A stretch of DNA of 63,915 nucleotides from Phoronis australis. Taxonomy: Eukaryota; Animalia; Phoronida. Position 1 is the first letter of the stretch, and every line of letters starts with the position of its first letter. Positions 25,701 to 40,700 of this stretch are shown one piece after another. The position numbers and the translations under genes were made by a program. Below the pieces are notes generated by a model, which was not told the DNA's origin, made no database searches, and saw only the letters and a program-made list of their open reading frames with translations. Location of the stretch: the NCBI GenBank assembly GCA_002633005.1, contig NMRA01000366.1:122307-186221 (forward strand). The letters are read 5' to 3'.

Positions 25701-28700
25701 CATGTTACAACACTCCGAATGGACACCCATTCACTTTTTCCACTGGCGGCCATTTTGATAGCGTGCCACTGTATGCAAATACTGATCGCTGCGTTTGCTG
25801 CGCACATGGTGGTGCAGGTATGAGCTATCTCGAAACACCAGCGACACCTTGAGTGACTCACGTGCCATCTTCCTGAATCACTAGCTCCTTTGTATTGCCA
25901 AGCGAAACCTGAAGGTGAGATTGTTTTGGATCTTGACCACAACGAAAAAAGGCTCTTATATTCAGAAATGGTGATAAGTTGTCCTAGAAAATTAAACGAC
26001 AGATGGCGCTAATGTGTTTGATATCAGGCTCAACACCTGCTACGCACTTCCGGTTTTATATCTATTAACAAGTTCAGCCCTTTCTTTTCAGACGAACTGC
26101 CACGCCCCGTTGAAGTTGAAATGGAGATAGCCGCCATCGAGTACATGAGCAAGAAGATTGATAGGGAGATCATTGACCTCAAACGTGGCGTTGAAGCCAT
26201 GCATTGTAAGTTGAATTTGTGACATCGCACCTTACTTTTTAAGACCTGTTTCGCAGCTGGACTTACAACTGTTTATCATAGTACGATTCACTCTTAACCA
26301 AATATTCAATTACTTCTGTCTGAAATTTAAGAGAGTAGTAAACCAGACGTTTTGAACGTAATTCAGCAAAACTTCACAATTTAATTTTCAAGTTAAAAGA
26401 TTTACATATAACAGTTGAAAAATGTCAAATTTTGACCAACTTCGGAATTATCATACATGTAAGTCAGAAACGGCTGGTTAGATTCAAATCATTTTTTTGT
26501 GATATCTTTAGTGTTCTCCAATACACTACAAAATTGCTTTTAAAAATTGCACTGTTGTATCAGGTGCTTTCAAAATTTTGGACTTTTATACTTTTGAAAC
26601 AAAAAAGGGCTTATTCAAGAAAACGGAAACATCCTTTTTGAGATTTAATCGTAATATCAGAAGAAATTCGGTTATGATGTTGATGGAATTATTTTGATAT
26701 GGACATAACATTGAAATGCATAATCCCGTCAGCCAATCAGTTGCAAATTGGTACAAAGACTAACACTGAATTCTACACCGTTTCTACTTCCAGAAAGTAT
26801 GCACTTAAAGTTTTCTTGTAATTTTATTAAACGTTCCGACAAAGTTACACATCCTTAAAAACACATCTTGTTAAAGGGGTCATAACACCGCCTCGTGAAA
26901 ACAAATAGATTTAAATCACACACTTTAACTGAATTTTGTCTCAAAAATTTCTTACTCAAAAAGATCCGATTTTCGGGCTTGGAAAGAACTGACATTTCGT
27001 TTTTGCTCGAAACCAGTCTCCACATGGTCTTTTGTCACGGCGTGTCATTTTATTTGCCTACCTTGGCCTCGAACCATAACGAATTGTCCGTTTTTTGAAA
27101 GAGCTAAAATCAGTTCTCATCATGGGAAGGAGTTCATGTAAATTGAAATCAGTTTCATAGTAGCAAGTAGCCTAAATCCAAAGTTATATGTTTTCGACAA
27201 AGCGCCGGTTTCGTATTGCTGACTGTCAGACCATGTACCTGGTTCCAGTTTATACGACTGTCCCAAGCACATAGTAACAAGGAAATAAACAAAGTCAATA
27301 ATTTGGAGTCATTTTCATGTAATAACACATAACACAGAAATACGTACATGCATTTTCGTGTTGATGAACATCAGAAACTCTTTGGCTTAGGCTACATAAG
27401 GTATTTGGGTAGCTAAAGGAAAATAGTGCTATTGTAGCGACTGAAGCCGCAGCAACTAAGGAGGTATTGAAGCACACTTCTCTGAGTGAATAATTCTCCT
27501 GATCCATTTCAAAATCCGGAAATTGATTTAATGTACTCTCCATAAGTAAATCGACGAATGCAAAAATGCGACAACGGCAATAAAAAGCTGAGATATTTTT
27601 TTTTTCATTTTTGAAAAATATTTTTGGAGAAACTATTGAATTATCGGAAATTAACTAAGTATTCGCCGAGATAACGTGTTGAGAGTATACATTATGTTGA
27701 AATTCGCCCACAAACAAGTTGCACGACGAGTTTTACCAACAAAAATCAAATAAACAAGTCAATACAATATAAGTTACGTTTTATTATGAACAATTTTTAA
27801 CAATTTTAACAATCAAATGCATAAAACCACTGGAATGTACTTGAAGATGGTTTAACTCACAGTTTGAGGTTACTGACAACGATCTCAGAAAATTTGTATA
27901 ATTGTCGGGCTTTTATGTCCAATCCCCAGGGTTCGTGTTTTAAAGGTCGGAGTTTGTGTTTTTACGACCAGTTAGATACTTTGAAGGTGCGGGAGTCTGT
28001 TTCCAAGTCTTTTGTACAAGGGTTCATCCAGGTCTCGGGGCCGCAAGCTATAATAATAGAATAGGTCACTTGCGGGAGACTCAGGGGCTAGAATTTTATG
28101 ACGAGTCCAGTCTTATCAGAGTAAATCGCCGACCAGCTAAACAAAAAATGAAAATGCGCCAGAGCCGCCATCTTGAAAGTGACTTCCGATTAAACAAAAT
28201 TTTATAAAAGCCAATCAATAGCAACAAACACGTGACCAGTTTGAAAATGATTGGTTCGCCAATGCGCCCTCAACAGGAAAAGACGTTTTCGGGCACTTAT
28301 CGAGGTGCGCATGCGCCATTGCCGATATTTCCGCCATATTTGACCGGAAGTTAAAGGTTTACGGAGCAGTTGTATTGCTTGTGTGCTAAAATAATCGTAC
28401 CAACTTTCAGCCTGCACGTCGTAAAATTCGGCCTCTATGAGCAAAGTCTTCATGGTCTTGTTCAACAGAAGCTAAACCAACATCAGTGCAGCAAGAGCTG
28501 TCAACAAAGAAACAGCGTTACCAGAAAATCCCAAATAATTCAAAAAGAAGTAGTCGTAGCGAAAAATGAAAAATATTTTCTGAAAGCCCGTCCAAAACTC
28601 TATCTAAATCGATAGTTTCGCAAAATTCCATAAATTTTTCGAAAAAATTGAAATTTTGCGTTTTGTTTTCAAATTCAAAGTCAAATAACTCGAAAACGGT

Positions 28701-31700
28701 AAATCTGAGAAAACCGTTATCCCAGAACTTTTGAAAGAGCATACTTCAAGGAATACACAGGCAAAAATTCACGTCATTTGCTCTTCCCGTTAAAAAAGCG
28801 ACAGCAGAACGATTGAAAATGGGTGGAAATAAGCCAGAGCCGCCATATTGAACGTTACTTCCGGTTAAACAAAATTTTATAAAAGCTGATTAATTGCGAG
28901 AAACACGTGACCAGTTTGAAAGTGATTGGTTTGCCAATGCGCCCTCTAAAGGAGAAAACCTTTTTTGCCAGATATCGATGTGCGCATGCGGCCTCTATGA
29001 GCATTTGAATGTGAAATCGGAAACAAAATGGCCGCCCCGTTCGCCATTTTGAAACTGATCATGACCAAAAACAATAGGCTTCCAGGAATTTCTGATCCAC
29101 ACGTCGTGTGCAAATTTCGTGAGGATCGGACGAAAATTGCGACCTGTAGAGAGCGAACAATCAAAAATGAAAGCGCTCCGAGGAGCGACACTTGGCGAAA
29201 TTAACTAAAAAGATGACGATAAAGATGATGACGAAGATGACGATGGTGGCGAGGATGAACATTAGAAGTAATAATACCATACACATGACGAACGTAGAAA
29301 TCAGTAAGAAAACGGCTACAGTCTTGAGCGACACTTGGCGAAAATAACAGAAAAGACAACGACGGAGATGATGACGAAGACGATGACGAAGATGACAAAC
29401 ATGATGATGGTGGTGGCGATGCTGAACAACATCATAACATTCATATAAAGCACTTAGATGTCATAAATCAGCAAGAAATAGGCTACACTCTTGTTCAATA
29501 GAAACTAAACCAACATCAATGCAGCAAGAGCGCGCAACAAAGGAACAGCGATATCAGAAAATCTCGAATAATTCAAAAAGTAGACGTTCTAGCGAAAAAT
29601 GGAAAACATCTTCTGAAAGCCCGTTAAAAACTCTATATAAACTAATGGTATCGTCTAATTACGTAAATTTTTCGAAAAAAAAATGAAATTTTGCGTTTTT
29701 TTAAGAATTTCAAAGTCAATAACTCGAAAACTGTAAGTCTGAGAAAAAAATTGATACAGGTCATTTGAAAGGGTATACCTCAAAGAATCCACATGCCAAA
29801 ATTCACGTTATTCTCTCTTCCCGTTAAAAATGGGAGCCCAGCACAACCAAAAATGGGTCAATATGTTCCAGATCCGCCATCTTGGAAGCAACTTCCGGTT
29901 TTTTAGTTTGGAATAATAGATTGTCACAAGAAACTAAAACCTGAAAAAATTCGGAGGAATTGGCTTGATAATGCGCCCTCTACCTGAGAAAACGTTTTTT
30001 GTCCAAAATTGAGGTGCGCATGTGCGATTGCCGATATTTCCGCCATCTTTAACCGGAAGTTAACAATTTCTAGTACATATGTAACACACGCCCTTTTCCA
30101 GGGGCATTTGAATCTCAAAATGGAAACAAAATGGCCGCCATATCCGCCATCTTGGGTCCGATTATGACGAAAAACGATAGACTGCCAGTACTTTCGAAAC
30201 TACGTGTTGTGTGTAAATTTCGTGATGATCGGACGAAAATTGCGACCTGTATCGTGCGAACAACCAAAAAAATTAGTGACAGAGCAACATACTTGACGAA
30301 ATTTGTTTCGTGATGATCGGACGAAAATTGCGACCTGTATCGTGCGAACAAACATAAAAACAAACTTGATGGAAGACCAACATACTTGGCGAAATTTATT
30401 TCCCCAAGTAAAAAAACTTGGTGTCAGACCAACATACAGTACTTGACGGAATTCCCAGAATTCCGCCAAGTTAAAATAATGCAGTTGTAAGTTCTCTCAA
30501 ATTTCTCGAAGATCCCCTTCTCGGGAGCCGGGCGACATGGGCTAAAGAAAAATAACAACGCATTGAAAGCAACGGCTAAATGAACTTCAGCATGTTTCAG
30601 CGAAAGTAAACAATTTATCGCACTAATGAATATCTTGGGCCTACATGTAGCATGGCAACTCTTTTACATTCGTGTAACATTTCAGGGCTCCTGACCAAGA
30701 CTGACAAGGACAAACCCACCGCCGAAAAGCAGGAGCTGCGATCTCTTATTGACGAACTTTCTGCTCTCAAACAATCTCTCTCCAATGACATTGAAAATGG
30801 TTTGGAAAAGGTAATTTTTGCATGTTCAGGGAATATATTAGTTGAGTGAAATAGGACACAGATTGACCAAGCCTTTTAGTTTTATTTAGTATTTTATCTT
30901 TTGTACGGTGTTTTGACCTCTTGAAATGGACCACTGGTCCACGTTTTAGCTTTTCAAAATAGACTTTGACAGTCTTCACGTGTGACTTGTTATCTGTGAA
31001 ATTTAACAGGCGAAGGAGAGAGCGACAAGAAGCGTTGAAATAGAAGATGATGTCGCTGAAATGGGCGGAAGTCTCATGGAGGAAGAAAGGGGAAGGAAAT
31101 CTAAAAAAGGAGACCGAAAGAAAACGTCACGTAAGTAGGGTAAATTACATCAGCGTTATAGTATTACCAGTTATTTGAGCAGTTCCTCCTGGGGTCATCG
31201 AGTGAAACCTTAAACCCTGTCTAGGTGGCGTTTCGACAATGTCAATTTTAGTGAGCGATAACTGCTTCCAATCCGCAGCGCCACTCTCGTGAAATAGTTA
31301 AGTTACTATCATCTTAGCTATCTGTGCGACATGTTCTACGGTGAACAGCGCTGTGCGAGCCTAGATTTTTCACTTAAAGGTAAGCAACACATCAGTGCGT
31401 TCAGCACGTTAATTCAGAGCACTTGCAATGGGCAATGCAGACGTAACCAACTTTCCAAAATGAAAGTTCAGCGTCATTTACCTGAGCATTCGTAAAGCTT
31501 CATCACGAACTTTGCACCTCGGCTATGTAATGAACAGTAAACGTGCTATTCGACACAAAAACACAAGATTCCGCTGTTCAGTCTTTTTAATCGAGATAAA
31601 AACTATTATTTTTGACATTCTCCGTTCTACTTTGGTATGAAAACTAGAAATGTCTGTTATTGTGTGCTCGAGCATAGCATGCCGGTTTACGTGGCTGACT

Positions 31701-34700
31701 GACACCAGCGTTAAAGTTGGTTTGTTTGAGTTTGAATTAGTTTACTTGAGTTTGTGAGTACGAGCTTGGTCTAAATACTCATCTGCGTAAACAAATAATA
31801 TACTCGAGCGCTGAAAATAAACTCTTAGTTTGAGTGTGCATTAAAGTCAAACCGAAAATGTCAAAAATAGCTCCGAGTTCAATTTCGGAGATAAGACCTC
31901 GGGGCGTGAGTTCTTTTACAATGGTAGTAGTCTAATGCTCAATAATTGCTATTATTCATCATGCGATTCATAACAGCGACTCTTTATTGAGATAGCTTGC
32001 AATCTTTTAAATCAGAATTAGAAAAGGAAATACTTTTATCTGACAACTAGGTAATTTTCTAAAACTAAACTCTCTCTTTCAGCTGCCACACCCGAACTTA
32101 TCAACGGCACTATTTACGCCTTGCTTAAGGCATGGCCTCTAATGGAGAGCATCTATGACGACGCTGAAAAAAATATCGAGGAATTGCACAGCGCTGATGT
32201 AACCAGTAAGTCAATGCCTTGTCAATTTAAAGCTGTAGGTAATTTACTTTCAAGTAACTGCCAGCTTTCCTAAAAGTAGTGAATGTTAAAAGTTTTAATT
32301 GATATAGTTCAACAAACTCTAAGGTTTGTGGTTTGGAATATCCTGGCAATCACAGAAGCCTGTTTTTGAGGAAACAGATTTGAAAATTCGGCAGTATAGT
32401 GATCGATCTTTTCTCTTCCACGCAGCGCGTAGTCGGGTGCCAACGGAAAACGGGAAACCGCTAACATATCGAGGATATACCAGGACACAGAGACACTACC
32501 CGAAACACGTTTGACGACATCTTCCGTCGTAACGTGCTTTTCTTTCGTTAAACAATCCTGCCCCGCTCAAAAGGGTGCCTGGTGATCGGGAATCGACTGC
32601 TGCTTTCTACATTTTTAGCTGTTGTTACTCTTTACGATTTTTATTGCGTCTTAGTTCGTTTCATGTTAAGGTAGTAGTCTAGTTATTCCTCTCAGGGGGG
32701 CTCTTGGAGGGTCAGAATGATTGCCTCCTGCGTTACCTGTAAATTCGGCACTGATACGAAATATATAGGGTATGGGTGATTCGTCCAACCCAGCTTTAGG
32801 GATTATTGAAATAAAAGCACACAGCGTAAAACTCTTGGAACAATATTTCCTTAAAGTCGATTAATATTTGGAAAGATCCATTGCGAGCTACAATGACTTT
32901 GATGATCAAGTTGTGTGTCCTTTTCAGAGCATGATAAAGTTGAGGCATTGGAAGGATTGTTGGAGGATTGGAAAGCCAAGAATAGAGTGATAACGTTGGC
33001 GTACATGTTACATAAATATACTCTGAACAAAATCACCACTTCCGGTAAGTTTCACCTGCACATGTTGAATTTTACCTTTTAGGATTATCTTCATGGGCGG
33101 CGCAGGCCTGAAAAAAGTGTGGGGGCTATAGCCCCCTCAACCCCCTAAGGTGCGCCTCCCATGTTTTTGACGAGATACGAAAATAGAAGAACAGTTGTTC
33201 TGTAAAGCAAAACGAAATGTTCTGCCCAAGTGACATTTTGAGCAGTCGGGGGCATTCGACGTACAGATTCCATGTGGCAGTTCGGGGGTGCGAGTGTCTG
33301 ACGGGCAAAATCCTGGCTAATACTCTACTTTGGTTCCCCCTAACTCAAAATCCTGGATCCGTCCCTGGATGCAATATTTCCGACGTAATTGCTAGAATCA
33401 GGGCGACATTTCTAAAACGAGGCGACTGTAACAACGCGTTTTCTTACCTGCAGAAGAAAGGAAAGTTCTATCCGTGACCGTCCTATTGAAATTAATGAGC
33501 AGGATACGAATTAATGTTGACGTCAGAAAATTTATAAGGAAATTGAGAGATACAAGAAAAATCTTGAAAAGATGTCATATTTTGTTCGTCCAAAAATATC
33601 GCATGTGGCCAAGAGTGTCGATAATCTGCCGACCATATCTCAGTAAGAATTTACATGGTAGTGTTAGCTCGCGAAGTCAATGGGAAAAAACTGAATAAGT
33701 GGAATGGGGGCTAAGATATAGAGAAACATTTTGGGAAAATGATGTAACAAAAAGTAATTTCTGATTCAGACGATTAACCCATTACGAAAGTGATCTCTAA
33801 TTGTCCCCATAGTCAAACTAGGTGTGATGTCTGAGATAGGAAGGACGTGGCAGCTCGTTTATGCTTGGGATTAGGCTCTACAAGTTGAATTGTCACGGCG
33901 TTTCATCTTTTCCGCAGAGCTCGGTCACGATCACTGACGAACCGCCAATTGTTTGCAAGACCAAAAATCATTTTTCTTCCGAGTAAGGAACAACATGGTA
34001 CCAAATATTATCATAACGGTGCTACTTGCATAAATTCAAAGAACGTAGGTTCATTGTCGCTTTAACTTCTCAAGACGAACGGTAAGTTCGAAAGCTAAAA
34101 TCAAACACCATTATCTTTTCAAAGTTTGATGATTAACAAAGGTTGTGAAACTGTTACTTTATCACTCAAGTGGTGGATTAAACTTTCTACACCAGGACAA
34201 AAATAGCTTCGAACAATGCAGCCAGATGTGGCCATTGGAAAAAAAAATTTTTTGTAGTTATTAGGGTAGCAACTGTCTTTTGCTTACTTTTATAAGTGTG
34301 GCAGGTTGCGATCCGTCAAAAATGTTCTTCTATTTACACCACTTATAGGTATGAAACTGTTGTCTAGAGAAGGCAACCCACAGTCATGTGGTTACATCAC
34401 GCGACCTAGAAATTACAACTGAGACGAGAAGAGATTTCTGTGTTTAAGAAGAACTGCATGTTCGCCACTATTTGAGATGATGCTCGGCGCTCAGTTAAAA
34501 TGACCCGCCGTGACGTTAAATTAGCATTGTATAGGATTGTCTTTTTATTGGGTGTGATTCTTCAATCTCTAGGTTACTCGTGGGAGGTGTACAACAACCG
34601 ACTCTTTCATTTGATCTTCGTTGTCAGCGCAAAACTACGCAAAAATGGTGAGAAAAGTAAGTGAACTGCTTATTTGTTACATTTAATTTCATGTTCTCAG

Positions 34701-37700
34701 TCGTTCAGACCATTCTTTACTCCAGCTTTTTTGAATGTATTATTTTCAACATTTTCCTCTCAAAATGGAAGTCTGATAACGAAAAACCAAGCACAGGACA
34801 GCTTCCTTGAGTTTCAAGTGAATATACGCGTTTCGGCATGATCAGGGCGATGTACTTTCACTCGACATTCAGTTTAAGTATAATAAAATTGCCTATGAGT
34901 AAATAGATGATTCCGTGGTGTAGTGGTTAAAGTGCTGGACGCGAATTATCTGTAGTTTCAAAAGTCGTGGGTTCAAATCCTGCCTAGGACAAAAAAAATC
35001 ACACCATGAGTGTACCACATATCCGTGCTCGTTCTTCTAAGAACGCGGGAAAACATGACGATGGTCGGAGAATAGACCTCGTCACACTGTACATAGACTA
35101 GGTGTTGGTGTAATTAGACCAAGAAATTATTAATAATAGTAGTAAAACGCCACCAGTCATACTTGACTGTGATCATGCCTCTACCCATATTTCAACATAC
35201 GTCATGTTACCTATTTTTACTTTAATAATTTTGAATCAGACGAATTTATGTTTTGTAAATCACTATTCTGTATGCTAGTTATATTGTCAATAGCTACTAC
35301 ATAATTTATACATTTGGAACAGTGCCCAATGCAGAAGAATTCGTCAAAGCCCTCCAAGCAGATGTCCAAGGAATACGCGAAGAGTTTAATTGGATCACTA
35401 AAGAAGTGGCCTCCGAACTTCCACACCTTAAAAAAGGCAAGCCAATATTTTAGTACCATTGCTACTGGTAGCCGCTTGCGAGACACGATGGCGAATTACA
35501 GCAAGAAACTTNTTCACCGTTTAGTAAGTGGCCGAGTAGTGCAAGTGCAGTTAGCTAAATCCTCAGCTGTTAGTGGTGGAAGAAAATGTAATCTGAATTT
35601 CACTGAAAACCTTCATTGAACTTTCTTGTTTACCGATCAAAAAATCCCCCAAAAATTCTGGCTCAGGGTTTTCTTGAATTCTGGGGCCAAATGCACCCAG
35701 TTGGCCCAAAGTACATGTAGTCAATGCATTTTAGGGTTCAAATGGCCAAGTGCAATGACTTGACCAACTTAATAATTATATTAAAATTATGCCTTAGTAA
35801 TCACACTGTTATTTACAGTAATTCTAACCAATTACAAGGTGCTTCACAGCGAATTTTTAAATAAAACTTTAAAATTGGGAAGATTAACTATCTAATGCTA
35901 AATTTTGGTATCTTTTTGAACCTAAAACACAGTTTATCTCCTAATATCTCAAAAGCTGTTAACTCCAGTCATCTTACAATTTACATTGTCATTACATGGA
36001 AAGATGTGATGATTATAAGTCACAGACACATATGTTCCAAGGACTGGTGGTAAATATATTGACCCAATTGTTCACCCATTAATAGTTTGCAATATGCATC
36101 ATAATGAACATTCAGTCACAACAGCATTCAAAAAGTTTTATTTTATCGAGCATCATCATGATCCAAATAATTTTGCCTTTTTTCAAAGTATGTTACACAT
36201 TTTCACTGACTATAACTACAAGCATTTAGCAATTTAGGGATTTGCGCAAATCTGTGGTTTGCAATCAACTTCTGTTTTATTGAGCTGGCCTCCACGTTTA
36301 CATCTGACTACAATGAAACATCAATGATGTGTGGACTCATGGAAGGATACAAAGTTACATAATGCACGAAATAAGAGGTCATTCCACATGAGCAAAATAA
36401 CTGTGTTTAGAAATAAGAAGACAGAATCAATCTACACACCTTTGGACAAACGGAATGATAAATTGCACTTCCAGCAAATTTGTCCCACTAAAAACATCAG
36501 AAATGGCAGCAACATTAATTGAAAATAATTTTATTTCTACTGTCCATGAAGCATCTAATTATCATTCCAGAGGAGAAAATAATAGAACATCTAGGTACTT
36601 TCATACATGTAGTTCATAACATTATTCATTGGCTACAACATCAGCCGTTGCACAGTTTCAATTGCACAGAACTAGTCTAACACTTCACCTGTGGCTAGAG
36701 AACAAAGAACTGTCAAAAGTACTGAAAGTCAAGGCTTTGTCGCACTGGCTGAGCATAGAACAGACATTACGTTGTACGTTTTGTTTGAATGGACTTAATA
36801 TGAGCATACAGTCAAGATTAATAAAATGATGAACTCGAACCAGTGTTCAGTCTACCATTGCATCAAAATATTAGAACAGATCGGTGACAACCTGCGCCTA
36901 CCTATCCATGGGGTAAAACGTGAAAAGAGCTTAGACTAACAGACTGGGGCTGAGAACTCACTAATGGAATGCTCTCAGAAACAGAATTTTTTCACACATT
37001 ACCCGTCCTGTTTGAAACATTTGGCTTGCTTTGGTTTGGAAATTACTCCCAATGTTAGGCATGGTTTTTGATGAACTTTGAGACTATATGAAATTTAAAA
37101 GGCCTGTTTATTTCCATAGGATATGTGGGACAGCCATGAAAACAAGGAGAGGTGAAAGTGTAAGAGGAGGTAGAGGAAGGAAATGGAAGTCAGTCGGTAC
37201 AGCTACTCTAGGTCCAGCTTCAGTGACCCCAGCTCATCGTGGTCTGCAAGGTTATGCATCTTATCAAGATGACGTACAGGTACTTTATCATGAATAACAA
37301 ACATATGAAAAAACAAATCAAAAATTCTAGTTCAGAGAATAATTTATGACTTGTAGTAAATATATAGAATATCCAATATTTAACCTTCTATGTCATTTTA
37401 CATCTTGAAGAAATAAGGAGCCATTACATTTTACACAGATTTTCATGTGGTTATCATTTGTCTAATGATGCAAAATAAGATGTGACATCAACTTTTGAAT
37501 AAAGTTCCAGTTTTTTCTAGTAGTGAGCTGAGCTTGTAGCTAAGTGAATTATAAGAATACAAGATGGGATAAATATCTCCTTTCCATAATTAGTGAAAAA
37601 TCTCCTTATTTTCAGAGAAGAGTAAATGCAATGACCAAATGAGCAAGTGCGACACCTTTCGGAGAAGGAGGTAGAAAGAGTGTTGAACCTTTAACAGAAG

Positions 37701-40700
37701 AAATCCGAACATCACTCATTCTTTGCAAGACACGCTGATGAGATTTGAAAGGGAAAGGAGGGTGTCATAAAAACAATAAATTTGCTATCGTCCACGGCTG
37801 AGTGTGCACCAGCTGCATCATGAATTCTGTGGACACCACTGAAACCTGTAGACAACGTGTCATCATAGTCTCCATAGCGGTACATATTGATGCTATCTCC
37901 TGCAACTTCCTCCCCACCAAACTCTTCATCTCCAAATCCAACATCGCTAATATCCACATCATCAAGGATACTTTCTGGACTGCAACAAGAGAAAGCGTGA
38001 TGATCTTGCCCTTTAGAATTTCAAAAACGACACAACACCTAGCTCCCGTAACGCACTTGAAGAACTACTAAGTAACAGGGCTCGCATTATGTGCACTGGA
38101 GAACAGTTAAATACAGTTCGTTCAGAATTCAAATGTTTTATACATATAGCGTTTGATGACGCCTTACGATGCCTTCTTTAGTCATTTTGCAAGACCTAAT
38201 GGTTAGTACTGTGAAAGGATTTCTGTCCTGTCAGGGCTTCCAACCTGAGATTCATTGCTGTCCATGCACTGAGCTATTATGACCAATCGTCAGTAGAAGA
38301 TATATTTCAATAAATACATTAACATTGTCAGCACTGTACAATAATGATGTATTTTTATTAAAAATTGGATAACTCATAATTTAATTGGGTACACAATGGT
38401 TATGTTGCACTTACAGTTATCGTCCAGGTCATCGCATGCTAGGTCCTCAGAAACATCAATCAATAGCCTGTAATATAGAGAGTCAAAAATGTTTGAGTGT
38501 TTCTCTTTTAAAGCATTGGTCAGTCTGTATTTATTGGATTTCACCACATATCGCCTAACCACGATTAAGTTATGATAAAAAAGCAACCCATGTACCGCAT
38601 GGTCTCTATATTTAGAACTCAGAAAACAGATTTAGGAAATTCTATCCAGAACACACACTTATGACTTGATGTCACAAATTTCATGGATTGTCTATGCTAC
38701 TGATAAAAACTCCTCAAAATCCCAACGTTGCCTTTGAATATAAACTTTTAAATTATACAGCAATCAACTTCAAAAAAGAAAAAAAATGTCTAATTTGGTG
38801 CAAAGACATGTATGTGCAAATGCAATCAGTGAATTCAACTCTGCCCACACTATATTCAAATAAGTTGGGAATACCAATGTGTCACGTTAAAAACACAAAT
38901 ATGACAAGATTAGTTGCAGGATGACCTATAAAACCATACCTAATAGGTGGTATTTAGTGCAAAATTCAGTCATGCTTAGAAGAGAAACCTGTGCACACCA
39001 TTCCTGACCATACCAGACATGTAGAAAAATCCATTTTATTGGAATATACCATGCAAAATATATGCACAAAATATTTCACAATTCAATCATCAGTTAGGAC
39101 ACTAAATAGTTTGTTATCAAGATAATTCATGAGCACTGACTAGTTCTCTCAAATTTTAAAGATCAGGGGCCTGTTCCAACAGAACTGACTTAGCTAAAAC
39201 AATTTAACTTTTAGTAAATTTTAAAATAAAGTTAAATTTGTCTCAAAACCAATTCAAGAAAGTGTTTCACACATAAGTTTTGTCTTAACTCACCAACATT
39301 GGAAGTTTCAAAATTTGGAAGTTAAAGACAAATCTTAGATTTACGTCAAAAATGATCTTGTCAATTTCTTGGAACAGACTCCAGTACTTTCACATCACCT
39401 TTGTAATGAATGGCCTGGATACAAACATCAAGGCTTCGCGTCACAGACAATCAATTGCATCGATTCCAGAAAGCTCAAGCCCACTGAAAATATACCATTG
39501 CCATAATCACATTTAGGTGATGAAGAAAGTTATCACAAGTTCAACATTTGTCAGCAACTAATCGAGGGTGCCAGGCAGTCATACGTACAGACTTTGAGTC
39601 ATACGCACAAAACACTGCATCATATGGAAGAACGCTTCATTTATACATACGAACCACAACATGATGTGTACAAAGGGACAGTCATGCACACAAAATAACT
39701 AATCAGATATACAAATAACATGTAAGAACATAGTTCTTCTACAGATACATTTTATGTTGCCATTTTGCTTAGTGCTAGACTCCTTGGGAAAACGAATGAT
39801 GACCTCCATCAACAGAAAATGTTTACGTAATTATGTGATATTACTTCATACCCCTGTTTTTTGTTTTATCTTTCAAGTTGGATTACATGCATGAATTTTT
39901 GTTCATACATTTGATATGGTTTGTATCTGCGATTCAAGTGTTATTATGAATAATGGTTTGTACATATGAATCGAAGTTTGCATGTTTGATTGCCTTGTTC
40001 TCGTTAAACAGGGATATTTCAATTGGTGCAGTTTAGAAGCTCATAATTGTGAGAGACATGGTCAAATAAGCCTACGGCTTTTACATTTTCACTCTTGACA
40101 TACCAAGGCTTAATGAGTGCAAGCTCAGTAATATTTCTAACAATGGCAAGCTGGAATGATTTGATTTAAATTAGTAACCCTCACAAAAAACTGACTTGGA
40201 GTTTTCAACAAATGCAAATTTCCATGTCATGTACTGTCGTAGACACGAATACTAGTAGGTGAAGATGTAGACAATATGCTTTCACTGAAAAAAATTTCTA
40301 GAATACCTTTGAACAAACTGGGGAGTTGCAGGTGTTGCTGATACGGCTTTAGGTTCTTACTCTGTGGACACTTGTCTAGACATTGTTTAAAATCTTTCAC
40401 TTTGTGCCACTTCATACCTACAGTGCAAAAATGAAATTACAATAACCTAGTTATTTACTACAGGTACAAATGTCAAAGCATACAGGCGGTACAATTCGCC
40501 GTCATAATAACCAAACTACATGAATAACCATCACAAAAAATGCGAGTGCAATTCATTACTAAATTTCTTGTTGCGAACTGGAATTTGCTACCAAAAATTA
40601 TCCTCAATTAATGTATTTTTGAATTTTGAAAATTGATCAACGAACGTTTGTGCTTTTACTTTGTTAACCTTTGTAGGGCAGCGAAATTTTGATTAATGGG

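Noticed and set aside
34912-34990. tRNA gene (also 42638, 6047, 48460, 61519)
   Set aside because: A/B boxes present but no proper cloverleaf or anticodon arm; followed by repeat bodies, so SINE heads
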